From: an uncultured Actinomycetota bacterium
Lineage (GTDB): Bacteria > Actinomycetota > Actinomycetes > Mycobacteriales > SCTD01
DNA length: 64,000 bases
Reading direction: 5' to 3'
Assembly: GCA_963784705.1 (NCBI GenBank)
Contig: CAWASC010000014.1
Location: forward strand, 172,898 to 236,897
Part shown: positions 49,436-61,697 of the stretch, piece after piece
Layout: each line of letters starts with the position of its first letter
Position numbering within the stretch: position 1 is the first letter of the stretch
Notes under the pieces: generated by a model
What the model saw: only the letters and a program-made list of their open reading frames with translations
Told to the model about the DNA's origin: nothing
Databases searched by the model: none
Translations under genes and position numbers: made by a program

Positions 49436-50649
49436 GACCAGAACTCCTGCACCGTGACGATCCCCGCGAGCAGCGCGTCGATGTCGGCCTCGGTGTTGTA
49501 GAGGTACGACGACGCGCGCGCCGTGGCCGGCACGTCGTACCGGCGGCACACGGGAGCGGCGCAGTGGTGGCCGACCCGCACCGCGATGCCGAGCTCGTCC
49601 AGCGACTGGCCGACGTCGTGCGGGTGGACGCCGTCGAGGACGAACGACACCGCGCTCCCCCGGTGCTCGACGTTGTCCGGGCCGAGCACTCGAGCACCGG
49701 GGATCGCGCGCAGACCGTCGAGCAGGCGCGCGGTCAGGACCGTCTCGTGCTCCTTGATCGCGTCGAGGCCGAGCCCGGTGAGGTAGTCGCACGCCGCGGC
49801 CAGGGCGACGGCCTGGCTGATGACCGGCGTGCCCGCCTCGAACCGCTCCGGCGCCTTGGCGTAGGTGGAGCCGCTCATCTGCACGACCTCGATCATCGAC
49901 CCGCCGCCGAGGAACGGCGGCAGGGCGTTCAGGTCGCGGCCCCACAGGACCCCGACGCCGGTCGGGGCGAGCATCTTGTGGCCGGTGAACGCGACGAAGT
50001 CGGCCCCCATGGCCTGTACGTCGATCGGCTGGTGCGGCGCGGACTGCGCGGCGTCGACGAGCGACAGCGCTCCCACCTGCCGGGCCCGTGCGGTGAGCAG
50101 CGGGACGTCGTTCTCGGTCCCGAGGATGTTCGAGACGTGCGTGAACGCGAAGAGCTTCGTGCGCTCGTTGACGACCTCGTCCAGGTCGGACAGGTCCAGC
50201 CGTCCCTCGTCGGTGAGGCTGAGCCAGCGCAGGGTCGCGCCGGTTCGTTCGGCGAGCATCTGCCAGGGCACGAGGTTGGAGTGGTGCTCCATCTCGGTGA
50301 CGGCGATCTCGTCGCCCGGACCGAGGTCCCCCCGGCTGCCGAGGGAGTAGGCCACGAGGTTGATCGACTCGGTGACGTTCTTGGTGAACACGACCTCGTC
50401 GTGCTGCCCGCCGACGAACGTCGCGACGGTCGTCCGTGCCGCCTCGTAGGCGTCGGTCGCCTCCTGCGACAGCGTGTGCACCCCTCGGTGCACGTTGCTG
50501 TAGTGCTGCTCGACGAACTGCCGCTCGGCCTCGAGCACCGGCGTCGGCTTGTGCGAGGACGAGGCGCTGTCGAGGTAGACCAGGGCATGGCCGTTGACCT
50601 CCCGGTCGAGGACCGGGAAGTCCTTGCGGACCGCCTCGACGTCGAGCAT
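49432..50649 (-). CDS. sufS: cysteine desulfurase SufS (class V aminotransferase, group II)
   Basis: SNVHRGVH, FTGHKMLAPTGVG (PLP Lys), and RVGHHCAAP (catalytic Cys). Confidence 0.92.
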   Translation of the reverse strand: MLDVEAVRKDFPVLDREVNGHALVYLDSASSSHKPTPVLEAERQFVEQHYSNVHRGVHTLSQEATDAYEAARTTVATFVGGQHDEVVFTKNVTESINLVAYSLGSRGDLGPGDEIAVTEMEHHSNLVPWQMLAERTGATLRWLSLTDEGRLDLSDLDEVVNERTKLFAFTHVSNILGTENDVPLLTARARQVGALSLVDAAQSAPHQPIDVQAMGADFVAFTGHKMLAPTGVGVLWGRDLNALPPFLGGGSMIEVVQMSGSTYAKAPERFEAGTPVISQAVALAAACDYLTGLGLDAIKEHETVLTARLLDGLRAIPGARVLGPDNVEHRGSAVSFVLDGVHPHDVGQSLDELGIAVRVGHHCAAPVCRRYDVPATARASSYLYNTEADIDALLAGIVTVQEFWS

Positions 50650-51422
50650 CAGACGCCGGCCGCCGCGCTCGCGTACTTCTCGTAGCCGCCGGACTCGAGC
50701 TCGTCGGCGAGCTCCTTGCCGCCCTGGGCGACGATGCGGCCCTTGACGAAGACGTGCACGAAGTCGGGCTCGATGTAGCGCAGGATGCGCGTGTAGTGCG
50801 TGATGAGCAGCGTGCCGGTCTCGCCGGTGGCGCGCACGCGGTTGACGCCCTCGGACACGACACGCAGGGCGTCGACGTCGAGGCCGGAGTCGGTCTCGTC
50901 CAGGATGGCGATCTTGGGCTTGAGCAGCTCGAGCTGGAGGATCTCGTGGCGCTTCTTCTCGCCACCGGAGAAGCCCTCGTTGACGTTGCGGGCGGCGAAG
51001 GCGGGGTCCATCTCCAGAGCCGCCATCGCCTCCTTCTGCTCCTTCATCCAGTGCCGCAGGGCAGGCGCCTCACCGCGGACGGCGGTGGCGGCGCTGCGCA
51101 GGAAGTTGGACACGGTGACGCCCGGGACCTCGACGGGGTACTGCATCGCGAGGAACATCCCCGCGCGGGCCCGCTCGTCGACGCTCATCGACAGGACGTC
51201 GACGCCGTCGAGGGTGACCGTGCCGGAGGTGACGGTGTACTTCGGGTGTCCGGCCAGGCTGTAGGCCAGCGTGGACTTCCCGGAGCCGTTCGGGCCCATG
51301 ATCGCGTGGGTCTCCCCCGCCCGGATCGTCAGGTCGACGCCGGCGAGGATCTCCCGGGTCTCAGAGGAAGACCCATCAGCGTCGACGGACACGTGCAGGT
51401 CGCGGATCTCGAGCGTTGCCAT
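50649..51422 (-). CDS. sufC: Fe-S cluster assembly ATPase SufC
   Basis: GPNGSGKST, FSGGEKKRHEILQL, AILDETDSGLDVDAL. Confidence 0.93.
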   Translation of the reverse strand: MATLEIRDLHVSVDADGSSSETREILAGVDLTIRAGETHAIMGPNGSGKSTLAYSLAGHPKYTVTSGTVTLDGVDVLSMSVDERARAGMFLAMQYPVEVPGVTVSNFLRSAATAVRGEAPALRHWMKEQKEAMAALEMDPAFAARNVNEGFSGGEKKRHEILQLELLKPKIAILDETDSGLDVDALRVVSEGVNRVRATGETGTLLITHYTRILRYIEPDFVHVFVKGRIVAQGGKELADELESGGYEKYASAAAGV

Positions 51423-51425
51423 GAG

Positions 51426-51728
51426 CTACTTCTCCAGCTTCACGAGGACGTCGTCGCCCTCGACGGTGACGGGGTAGGTGGCGACCGGCTTGGTCGCGGG
51501 CAGACCGGTGGGGACACCGGTGCGCAGGTCGAAGCGCGAACCGTGCAGCCAGCACTCGACGGTGCCGTCCTCCACGTCGCCCTCCGACAGGGACACGTCG
51601 GCGTGCGAGCAGATGTCGCTCACGGCGTAGACCTCGCCGCCACTTCGGGCGACGCACAGCGGCACACCGTCGAGGACGACGCGGACCGCGCCCTCCTCGG
51701 GCAGCTCGGACAGGGACAGGGCGCGCAT
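51426..51728 (-). CDS. Rieske [2Fe-2S] ferredoxin-like protein embedded in the suf operon
   Basis: CSHADVSL...CWLHGSRF (CxH...CxxH). 100 aa. The start shares 1 nt with the sufD stop. Confidence 0.88.
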   Translation of the reverse strand: MRALSLSELPEEGAVRVVLDGVPLCVARSGGEVYAVSDICSHADVSLSEGDVEDGTVECWLHGSRFDLRTGVPTGLPATKPVATYPVTVEGDDVLVKLEK

Positions 51729-52922
51729 CAGGACGCCAGCTCCTTCTCGATCGCCGCGACGAGGCGATCTTCGAGCTCCGGGACACCGATCTGCTGCAGG
51801 ATCTCGGTGAAGAAGCCCAGCACGACGATGCGCCTGGCCTCGTCCGGGGTGATGCCCCGCGACTGCAGGTAGAACAGCTGGTCGTCGTCGAACCGGCCGG
51901 TCGCGCTGGCGTGCCCGGCTCCGGCGATCTCCCCGGTCTCGATCTCGAGGTTGGGGACCGAGTCGGCCCGCGCCTCAGGGGTGAGCAGCAGGTTGCGGTT
52001 GAGCTCGTAGGTGTCGGTGCCGGTCGCCGCGGCGCGGATGACGACGTCGCCGATCCACACCGAGTGGGCCCCCTCGCCCTGCACGGCGGTCTTGTAGGTC
52101 ACGCGCGAGCGGCAGTGGGGGGCCGTGTGGTCGACGAGCAACCGGTGCTCGAGGTGTTGTCCGGCGTCCGCGAACGCGAGGCCCAGCAGCTCGGCCGACC
52201 CGCCCGGGCCGGCGTAGGAGACCGTGGGGTTGATGCGGACGAGGTCGCCGCCGAGGGAGACGACGACACTGCGGAAGGTCGCGTCGCGGCCGACCCGCGC
52301 TGCCTGCGCGGACAGGTGGACGGCGTCGTCGTCCCACTCCTGCAGCGACACGAGGGTCACGTGGGCACCGTCGCCGACGAGCACCTCGACCGCGCCGCTG
52401 TGGATCGCCGTACCGGTGTGCTGCAGCACGACGACCGCCTTCGCGAACGGCTTGACGTCGACCACGACATGGCCGTACGACGTCCCGCCTGTCCCGTGCA
52501 GGGTGACGACCAGGGGGGTGCTGTGCTCGCCGTCGACGGTGACGAGCTGGGCCTCCTTGACGTCGCGCATGGCGAAGGCCGCGGCCCTGTCCGCGGGGAC
52601 CAGCGCGCCCCCGACCAGCGGGTGGTCGGCACCGATGGTCTCGACCGGACCGGTGACGGTCAGCGCCGCGTCGACCGTCGCGCTGCCGTCGTGCAGGCCA
52701 CGCAGCCGCGCCATCGGGGTGAAGCGCCACTCCTCCTCGCGACCGGTGATGGCGGGGAACGCCTCCGGGTCGCGGGAGAAGAAGCGCTCGACGCGCGCGT
52801 CGGCGGGGTTCTTCGGGGTGGACGGGGTGACGCCGACGGCGATGCTGCCCTCGGACGTGTGCCCCTGCTTGCCCAGGGCCTCCCGTTCCGTCGCGATCGC
52901 GTCCGCGATCGACGGGGTGGTG

Positions 52923-52930
<8 letters not shown>
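51728..52930 (-). CDS. sufD: Fe-S cluster assembly protein SufD
   Basis: 400 aa. Beta-helix core and C-terminal [14 protein letters not shown], typical of SufD. Confidence 0.9.
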
Positions 52931-54340
<1,410 letters not shown>

Positions 54341-54344
<4 letters not shown>

Positions 54345-54970
54345 GACGAAGCCTTTCCGTTGGGTGCGCCGTGGGGCACGAAGGTGGTGCAGACGCCGTC
54401 GCCGTGGGCGATCGTCGCCAGTCGTTGTACGTGCACGTCGAGAACACGACCGAGTGCTGCTGTCTCCGCCTCGCACAGCTGCGGGAACTGCGCGGCCACG
54501 TGCTGGACGGGACAGTGGTGCTGGCAGAGCTGGACGCCCTGGACGCCGGTCTGCCCCTGGTCGCTCACCGAGGCGGCATAGCCGTCCGCCGACAGCCGCT
54601 CGGCGAGCTGCTGGGGGGTGGTGACCCCGTGGTAGCGGGCCTCGAGCTGCGCGGCGCGCTCCTCGGCGAACGCCTCGACCTGCTCGGGCGTCATGAAGCG
54701 GAGAGCAGCGACGGCCAGGTCGTCGTAGCCGCTGGGACCGGCGGCGTGCCCGGCGTCGGTGAGCGCGAAGACCTTGGCCGGACGTCCACGGGTGACCACG
54801 CGGCGGCGAGGCTCTCGCGCCACCACCACACCCTCCTCGACGAGCGCGTCGAGGTGCCGACGGATGCCCGCGGGGGTGACGTCGAGGCGCTCGGCGAGTG
54901 CGGCAGCGGTGCTCGGACCGAGCGCGAGCAGCGACGACAGGACCCGCTCCCGGGTCCCGACCGTCGTCAC
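54341..54970 (-). CDS. sufR: SufR-like transcriptional regulator (wHTH + Cys-containing C-terminal domain)
   Basis: [46 protein letters not shown]-terminal CQHHCP...C...C cysteines. Overlaps the sufB start (ATGA). GTG 54970 chosen for GGAGG spacing; GTG 54994 is possible. Confidence 0.8.
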
Positions 54971-54990
54971 CACGACCTCCGTCACGCTTT

Positions 54991-55007
54991 TCACAACACC
55001 AGTGTGA
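54991..55007. promoter_or_regulatory. inverted repeat in the sufR upstream region
   Basis: TCACA-N7-TGTGA sits in the most AT-rich stretch of the 148-bp divergent region, about 20 bp upstream of the proposed sufR start. Confidence 0.3.
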
Positions 55008-55106
55008 CGTAAATGCTGCCCGGGGTCGAACCAGGCCGGCGTGACGGGGGCCACGAAGGGCTCCCTCACCCGGCCTCCTGGGCAGCGGTGGCGCACCGGG
55101 TCCACG

Positions 55107-55112
55107 TAGCAT
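55107..55112 (+). promoter_or_regulatory. candidate -10 element (TAGCAT) for a leaderless transcript
   Basis: A TANNNT hexamer ends 6 nt before GTG 55119. Confidence 0.4.
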
Positions 55113-55118
55113 GAGCCG

Positions 55119-56015
55119 GTGACGGACACCGCGCTCGAGGTCGTCGACCTCGTCAAGCGGTACGGCGACCGCACTGCCGTGGACGGCGTGAGCTTCACGG
55201 TCGCCCGCGGCACGGTGTGCGCCCTCCTCGGCCCGAACGGTGCCGGAAAGACCAGCACCGTCGAGGTCTGCGAGGGCTTCCGGGACGCCGACGGCGGCTC
55301 CGTGCGGGTCCTGGGTCTCGACCCCCGGGACCAGGCACTGCGCGTGCGCGTCGGGGTGATGCCGCAGAGCGGCGGCGGCTACCCCGGGATGCCCGCCGGT
55401 GAGCTGCTGCGACTCATGGCGGCCTACCACCGCGACCCCCTCGAGCCGGCTGCGCTCCTCGAGCGCCTGGGCCTGACCGACGTCCAGCGCACGGCGTGGC
55501 GGCGGCTGTCCGGTGGGCAGCAGCAGCGCCTGTCCCTCGCGATGGCCGTGGTCGGCCGACCCGAGCTGGTCTTCCTCGACGAACCGACCGCGGGGCTCGA
55601 CCCGCAGGCCCGCCGGGCGACGTGGGAGCTCGTCGACGCCCTGCGCCGCGACGGCGTCACCGTCCTGCTGACCACCCATCTCATGGACGAGGCCGAGCAG
55701 CTCGCCGACCACGTCGTGGTCGTCGATCACGGCCGCAAGGTCGCCGAGGGCACCGTGGCCGACCTCACGCACGGCGATGGGCAGGTGCGCTTCCGCGGGC
55801 CGGCCGGGCTGCTGGTCGAGGTCGGAGGCGCCACGGTGACCGAGGGGCCGGCCGGCAGCTACCTGGTCCAGGGCTCCGGCAGCGACGTCCCGGCCCTGCT
55901 TGCCGGCGTGACCGCGTGGTGCGCGACGCAGGGGGTGCTGGTCAGTGACCTGCGCGCCGGTCGCTCGCTCGAGGACGTGTTCCTCCACCTCACCGGCACG
56001 GACGTACGCACATGA
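55119..56015 (+). CDS. ABC transporter ATP-binding protein (ABC-2/DrrA-like)
   Basis: [30 protein letters not shown]. Confidence 0.9.
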   Translation: MTDTALEVVDLVKRYGDRTAVDGVSFTVARGTVCALLGPNGAGKTSTVEVCEGFRDADGGSVRVLGLDPRDQALRVRVGVMPQSGGGYPGMPAGELLRLMAAYHRDPLEPAALLERLGLTDVQRTAWRRLSGGQQQRLSLAMAVVGRPELVFLDEPTAGLDPQARRATWELVDALRRDGVTVLLTTHLMDEAEQLADHVVVVDHGRKVAEGTVADLTHGDGQVRFRGPAGLLVEVGGATVTEGPAGSYLVQGSGSDVPALLAGVTAWCATQGVLVSDLRAGRSLEDVFLHLTGTDVRT

Positions 56016-56776
56016 CGTGGGAGGTCGGTGCGCTCGCGCCCGCCCCGGCGGCAGCGACCACGGGGGCCATGCTGCGCGCGCAGTGGGTGGCGGAGCTGCG
56101 CCTGATCCTGCGCAACGGCGAGCAGCTGCTGCTCAACCTGATCATCCCGCTGGGGCTGCTGGTCGTGCTGTCGAAGGTGCCCTTCGTGAGCATCGACGGC
56201 AGCCGCGTCGACTTCGCCGTCCCCGGCGTCCTGGCGCTCGCCGTCATGTCCAGCGCCTTCACCGGACAGGCCATCGCCACCGGCTTCGAGCGCTACTACG
56301 GGGTGCTCAAGCGGCTCGGGGCGACTCCGCTCCCCCGGTCGGTGCTGCTCGGTGCCAAGACCCTGGCCGTCCTGACCGTCCAGGTGCTGCAGCTCGGCGC
56401 GATCTGCGTCCTCGGGCTGCTGCTGGGGTGGGAGCCGCACGGGCAGGTGGTCGGCGCGATCGTGCTGGTGGCCCTCGGTACGGCGGCCTTCAGCGGCCTC
56501 GGACTGCTGCTGGGCGGGACCCTGCGCGGACTGACCAGCCTGGCGGTCGCCAACCTGCTGTGGTTCGTCCTGACGGCTCTGGGCGGGGTCGTGTTCCCCC
56601 TGCGGGAGACCGGCGGCGCCGAGCAGGTGCTGCAGTACCTCCCGACCGCCGCGCTCAGCGACGGGCTGCGCACGCTGTTCCAGACCGGTGACCTGGTCGC
56701 GCGCGACGTGCTCACGCTGGCCGTGTGGGCGGTGCTCGCCCTCGTGTCCGCCGCCAGGGCGTTCCGATGGGAGTGA
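56012..56776 (+). CDS. ABC-2 type transporter permease
   Basis: 254 aa with six predicted TM helices. ATGA overlap with the ATPase gene. Confidence 0.85.
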   Translation: MTWEVGALAPAPAAATTGAMLRAQWVAELRLILRNGEQLLLNLIIPLGLLVVLSKVPFVSIDGSRVDFAVPGVLALAVMSSAFTGQAIATGFERYYGVLKRLGATPLPRSVLLGAKTLAVLTVQVLQLGAICVLGLLLGWEPHGQVVGAIVLVALGTAAFSGLGLLLGGTLRGLTSLAVANLLWFVLTALGGVVFPLRETGGAEQVLQYLPTAALSDGLRTLFQTGDLVARDVLTLAVWAVLALVSAARAFRWE

Positions 56777-57675
56777 CGCTGGTGCGCCGCCTGGCGCTCA
56801 CCGCCCTGGGGCTGCAGGTGCTGCTCGTGGTCACCGGTACCGCCGTACGCGTGACGGGGTCCGGGTTGGGCTGCCCGACCTGGCCGCGCTGCACGGGCAC
56901 CTCCCTGACCAACACCGCCGAGCTCGGCGGCCACGGCTACATCGAGTTCGGCAACCGCCTGTTGGCCGTCGTCCTCGAGGTCGTCGGCATCGCCCTCGTC
57001 CTGGCGGTACGGCGGGTGCCGCACCCCCGGTCCTGGACGCGCCTGGCCCTGGTGCAGGCCTCGGTCGTGCCACTGCAGGCCGTCGTCGGTGGGCTGCTGG
57101 TGCTGTCGGGGCTCAACCCGTACGTGCTGATCGCGCACTTCCTCGCCAGCTTCCCGCTGGTCTACGCCGCTGCGGCCCTGGTCCACCGCACGCGGGTGTC
57201 GCCCCCCGCTGCGCGGGTGCCGCTGCTGCGCGCGCTGGCCGGCGCCCTGGTGGCTGCGGTGTCCGTCGTCCTCGTGCTCGGCACCCTGGTGACCGGCACC
57301 GGGCCGCACGCCGGTGACCCGAAGGTCGACCGGCTGCCGTTCAACCCGCGGGACGTCACCCAGCTGCACGCCGACGGCGTCTACCTGCTGCTCGGGCTGG
57401 TCCTCGCGACGGTGCTCGTGTCGTGGAGCACCCCGTGGCGGCGCTGGGGACTGGTGCTGCTCGGCCTGGTGCTCGCACAGGGGACCCTGGGCTACTGGCA
57501 GTACTTCCACGGCGTACCGGCGGCGCTGGTGGCGATGCACACCGCAGGCGCCACGCTGGTGTTCACGACAGCGGCGTGGCTGCACGTCTCGCTCGGTCGG
57601 CCCACCGAGCCACCGCCCGCGCGTAGCGCCGCGCCGACCCCGGAGCGAGCCCGAGGAACAGCGACGGCTCGGTGA
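56767..57675 (+). CDS. ctaA: heme A synthase (COX15/CtaA)
   Basis: [42 protein letters not shown] and a polytopic membrane protein with conserved His residues. The start overlaps the permease 3' end. Confidence 0.85.
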   Translation: MGVTLVRRLALTALGLQVLLVVTGTAVRVTGSGLGCPTWPRCTGTSLTNTAELGGHGYIEFGNRLLAVVLEVVGIALVLAVRRVPHPRSWTRLALVQASVVPLQAVVGGLLVLSGLNPYVLIAHFLASFPLVYAAAALVHRTRVSPPAARVPLLRALAGALVAAVSVVLVLGTLVTGTGPHAGDPKVDRLPFNPRDVTQLHADGVYLLLGLVLATVLVSWSTPWRRWGLVLLGLVLAQGTLGYWQYFHGVPAALVAMHTAGATLVFTTAAWLHVSLGRPTEPPPARSAAPTPERARGTATAR

Positions 57676-58426
57676 CCTCGAGCTCGACCAGCACCGGGCC
57701 GGGCAGCAGGTCGACCCGCGCGTAGAGCAGGTCGTGCCCCCAGCCCTGGACCAGCGCGACCACCTGCTCGGCGAGGGCGACCTCCGCCGGCGAGGCCTCG
57801 CGGGGCGCCATCGACCAGCTCCCCAGCTCTGCCACCCCCTCGCCGACGGTGAGGACGGCGGACTTGCGCGCCGCGTGGCTGACCGCGCCGTCGAAGACCA
57901 GCACCGCCGTCTCGCCCGCCTCCTCGACCGCCTCCTGGTAGGGCTGGACCATGACCGTGCGACCCCGCGCGTGCAGGTCCGCCACGAGAGCAGCGGCCGC
58001 CGGGTCACCGGGCTCGTACGCAGCGGTGTCGCGGGCCCCGGCCGACACACTCGGCTTGACCACGAACCGCCCGTCGGGCTCCACGAAGGTCTCACCCGGC
58101 ACGATCCACGTCGTCGGCACCACGGGGACGCCCGCGTCGGCCAGTCGCTGGAGGTAGGTCTTGTCGGTGTTCCACGCGACCACGTCGGCGTGGTTGGCCA
58201 GCCGCGGCACGCTGCGCGCCCAGGCGACGAACTGCTCCTGCCGGTCCCAGTAGTCCCAGGTGGTGCGGATCACGACGAGGTCGTAGGAGCCCCAGTCGAC
58301 GTCCGGTGCGTCCCAGGCACGCACGTCCGCGAGGAGGCCCTCCTCGGCGAGGGCTGCCAGCAGCTCCGGCCCGTCACCGTCCAGGTCCGGCCAGGCGGCG
58401 CAGGTGGCGAGGCAGACCCGCCCCAT
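57563..58426 (-). CDS. ATP-grasp domain protein (RimK/glutathione synthetase-like), substrate unknown
   Basis: 287 aa from [36 protein letters not shown] and YARVDLL motifs. The ATG shares 1 nt with the ctaB stop. Confidence 0.7.
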   Translation of the reverse strand: MGRVCLATCAAWPDLDGDGPELLAALAEEGLLADVRAWDAPDVDWGSYDLVVIRTTWDYWDRQEQFVAWARSVPRLANHADVVAWNTDKTYLQRLADAGVPVVPTTWIVPGETFVEPDGRFVVKPSVSAGARDTAAYEPGDPAAAALVADLHARGRTVMVQPYQEAVEEAGETAVLVFDGAVSHAARKSAVLTVGEGVAELGSWSMAPREASPAEVALAEQVVALVQGWGHDLLYARVDLLPGPVLVELEVTEPSLFLGLAPGSARRYARAVARWADRARRAATPLS

Positions 58427-59388
58427 CAGACGAGCTGGTCGACCGCGACGGCGAGGAACAGCAGGGCGAGGTAGGTGATGGAGAAGTGGAACAACCGCAT
58501 CGGGTTGACCGCTGCCATCCCTCCCGAGGCCGCCCGGACCCGGCGCTGCAGCACATGCGCCTCGCGCAGGAACACCACACCCAGCACACCCGCGCTGACC
58601 AGGTAGACCGGACCGGTCGCGTCGAACGCGAGCAGCGCCGACGTCGCCACCATCGCCCAGGAGTACGCCACCACGCGGCGCGCGACCGTCTCGGGCGTCG
58701 CCACCACGGGGAGCATCGGCACATCGGCCCGTGCGTAGTCGTCCTTGTACTTCATCGCCAGCGCCCAGAAGTGCGGCGGCGTCCAGAAGAAGATCACCGC
58801 GAACAGCACCACCGCGGCCCACGACAGGCTGTTGGTGACCGCCGACCAACCGATCAGCACCGGCATGCACCCCGCGGCGCCACCCCACACGATGTTCTGC
58901 GACGTACGACGCTTGAGCAGCATCGTGTAGACGACGACGTAGAAGGCGATCGCGGCATCCGCCAGCAGCGCCGACAGGACGTTGGTCGTCAACGCCAACC
59001 AGCCGGTGGCCAGCACGCCGAGCACCAGGCCGAAGACCAGCGCCGAGGTGGGCGTCACGGTGTGCTGGGCGAGCGGGCGGCGGGAGGTGCGGTTCATCAC
59101 GACGTCGATGTCGCGGTCCCACCAGCAGTTCAACGCGTTGGCACTGCCCGCAGCCAGCGAGCCGCCGACGAGGGTCACCGCCACCAGGCCCCAGCCCGGC
59201 CAGCCACGGGCCGCGAGGACCATGGTCGGCACCGTGGTGACCAGCAGCAGCTCGATGATCCGCGGCTTGGTGAGCGCGACGTAGGCGCCGACGGTGGCGC
59301 GCACCCGCCCCCCGCGCACGATCGAACCCGGCACGGCTTCGACCACCGGAGTCCCGACCACTGTCACCCGCGGAACTCTACCGGCCAC
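58426..59388 (-). CDS. ctaB: protoheme IX farnesyltransferase (heme O synthase)
   Basis: UbiA-family motifs [31 protein letters not shown] and [11 protein letters not shown]. Confidence 0.92.
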   Translation of the reverse strand: MAGRVPRVTVVGTPVVEAVPGSIVRGGRVRATVGAYVALTKPRIIELLLVTTVPTMVLAARGWPGWGLVAVTLVGGSLAAGSANALNCWWDRDIDVVMNRTSRRPLAQHTVTPTSALVFGLVLGVLATGWLALTTNVLSALLADAAIAFYVVVYTMLLKRRTSQNIVWGGAAGCMPVLIGWSAVTNSLSWAAVVLFAVIFFWTPPHFWALAMKYKDDYARADVPMLPVVATPETVARRVVAYSWAMVATSALLAFDATGPVYLVSAGVLGVVFLREAHVLQRRVRAASGGMAAVNPMRLFHFSITYLALLFLAVAVDQLV

Positions 59389-59542
59389 CGGCCGAGGTCA
59401 GCCCGGCGGCGGCTGCGTGTGCGCGGGTTGCCCGCGTCACACCCGGGAAGGGGGGACTGCGTACGGCGATAGGGTCGGCAAGACGGTCTCGCACACACGC
59501 CCTCGGCGCACGCTCAGGGCACTCGACGCAAGGGGTACGACG

Positions 59543-61657
59543 GTGGGCACGCTGCAGTGGAGCGACCTGGACGCGAGTGCGGTCGACACCGCGCGGGTCC
59601 TCGCCATGGACGCCGTCGAGGCGGCCGGTTCTGGGCACCCGGGAACGGCGATGAGCCTGGCGCCCGCCGCCTACCTGCTGTTCCAGCGGCACCTGCGGCA
59701 CGACCCGAGCGACCCCACGTGGATCGGCCGGGACCGGTTCGTGCTGTCCTGCGGCCACTCGAGCCTGACGCTCTACACCCAGCTGTTCCTGTCCGGCTAC
59801 GGCCTCACGGTCGAGGACCTGCGGCACCTGCGCCAGTGGGACTCCCTGACTCCGGCGCACCCCGAGCACGGCCACACCGCAGGCGTCGAGACCACCACCG
59901 GCCCACTCGGGCAGGGCATCGGCAACGCCGTCGGCATGGCGATGGCCAGCCGTCGTGAGCGCGGGTTGTTCGACCCGGAGGCCGATCCCGACGCCCAGAG
60001 CTCGCCGTTCGACCACCACATCTGGTGCTTCGCCAGCGACGGCGACCTGCAGGAGGGGGTGTCCGCGGAGGCGTCCTCCCTGGCCGGCACACAGCGCCTG
60101 GGCAACCTCACCGTCCTCTGGGACGACAACCACATCAGCATCGAGGACGACACGCAGGTGGCGTTCACCGAGGACGTCTGCGCGCGCTACGAAGCCTACG
60201 GCTGGCACGTGCAGTACGTCTCCTGGGTCAACGAGGACGGCAGCTACACCGAGGACGTCGCCGCGCTCGACAAGGCGTTCGCGGCAGCGCGCGCCGAGAC
60301 CGGCCGCCCCTCCTTCATCGCCTTGCGCACCATCATCGGCTGGCCGGCGCCGAAGAAGCAGAACACCGGTGCCGCGCACGGCTCCGCGCTCGGCCCGGAC
60401 GAGGTGGCAGCCACCAAGAAGGCACTCGGCCTCGACCCGGACGCCAGCTTCGCCGTACCGGCGGACGCCCTGGCGCACGCGCGGGAGGTGCTCGCCCGTG
60501 GTCGTGAGGCGCACGCGACCTGGCAGGAGGGCTTCGGCCGCTGGGCCGCGGACCACCCGACGGAGAAGGCGTTGCTCGACAGGCTGCACGCGCGTGCGCT
60601 GCCCGCGGGCTGGGCGGACGTGCTCCCGACGTTCGACGCCGACCCGAAGGGCATGGCGACCCGCAAGGCGTCCGGCGAGGTGCTCACCGCCCTGGCGCCG
60701 GTCCTGCCCGAGCTCTGGGGTGGCTCGGCCGACCTCGCGGAGAGCAACAACACGACGATGAAGGGCCAGCCGTCCTTCCTCCCGCCGGACCGGCAGACCA
60801 AGGAGTGGCAGGGCGGCCCCTACGGCCGCACGCTGCACTTCGGCATCCGCGAGCACGCCATGGGCGCGATCATGAACGGCATCGCGCTGCACTCCCCCAC
60901 GCGCGTGTACGGCGGCACCTTCCTCGTCTTCTCCGACTACATGCGCCCGTCCGTACGCCTGGCGGCGCTGATGAAGCTGCCCGTCACGTACGTCTGGACG
61001 CACGACTCCATCGGCCTCGGCGAGGACGGCCCCACTCACCAGCCGGTCGAGCACCTCTCGGCGCTGCGCGCGATCCCGGGGCTCGACGTCGTCCGCCCTG
61101 CGGACGCCAACGAGGTCACCGTGGCCTGGCGCACGATCCTGGAGCACCACGACCGACCCGCCGCCCTCGCGCTGTCGCGGCAGAACCTTCCCGTCCTGGA
61201 CCGCGCCGCCGTCGCCAGCGCGGAGGGCGCCGCGAAGGGCGCCTACACGCTGGTCGACGCGTCCGACGGTGCGCCCCGGGTGATCGTGCTGGCGAGCGGG
61301 TCCGAGGTCCAGATCGCTCTGGCCGCCCGCGACCTGCTCGAGGCCGAGGGCACGCCCACCCGCGTCGTCTCGGTCCCGTGCCTGGAGTGGTTCATGGCGC
61401 AGGACACGGCCTACCGCTCGACCGTGCTGCCCTCGGACGTCAAGGCGCGCGTGTCGGTCGAGGCGGGGATCGCGCAGTCGTGGTGGCAGCTGCTCGGCGA
61501 GCACGGCGTCCCCGTGTCCCTCGAGCACTTCGGCGCCTCCGCCCCCTACTCCGTCCTCTACGAGCAGTTCGGCCTCACCGCCGAGCGCACCGTCGCGGCG
61601 GCGCACGCGAGCCTGTCCTCGCTGGGGCAGACGCGCGGCTCCACCACCGGCAACTAG
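59543..61657 (+). CDS. tkt: transketolase
   Basis: GTG 59543 after [27 protein letters not shown], and [16 protein letters not shown]. 704 aa. Confidence 0.93.
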   Translation: MGTLQWSDLDASAVDTARVLAMDAVEAAGSGHPGTAMSLAPAAYLLFQRHLRHDPSDPTWIGRDRFVLSCGHSSLTLYTQLFLSGYGLTVEDLRHLRQWDSLTPAHPEHGHTAGVETTTGPLGQGIGNAVGMAMASRRERGLFDPEADPDAQSSPFDHHIWCFASDGDLQEGVSAEASSLAGTQRLGNLTVLWDDNHISIEDDTQVAFTEDVCARYEAYGWHVQYVSWVNEDGSYTEDVAALDKAFAAARAETGRPSFIALRTIIGWPAPKKQNTGAAHGSALGPDEVAATKKALGLDPDASFAVPADALAHAREVLARGREAHATWQEGFGRWAADHPTEKALLDRLHARALPAGWADVLPTFDADPKGMATRKASGEVLTALAPVLPELWGGSADLAESNNTTMKGQPSFLPPDRQTKEWQGGPYGRTLHFGIREHAMGAIMNGIALHSPTRVYGGTFLVFSDYMRPSVRLAALMKLPVTYVWTHDSIGLGEDGPTHQPVEHLSALRAIPGLDVVRPADANEVTVAWRTILEHHDRPAALALSRQNLPVLDRAAVASAEGAAKGAYTLVDASDGAPRVIVLASGSEVQIALAARDLLEAEGTPTRVVSVPCLEWFMAQDTAYRSTVLPSDVKARVSVEAGIAQSWWQLLGEHGVPVSLEHFGASAPYSVLYEQFGLTAERTVAAAHASLSSLGQTRGSTTGN

Positions 61658-61697
61658 CCCGGCACCTGACCCCCGTCCCTCCCCGACAGGAGCACCC

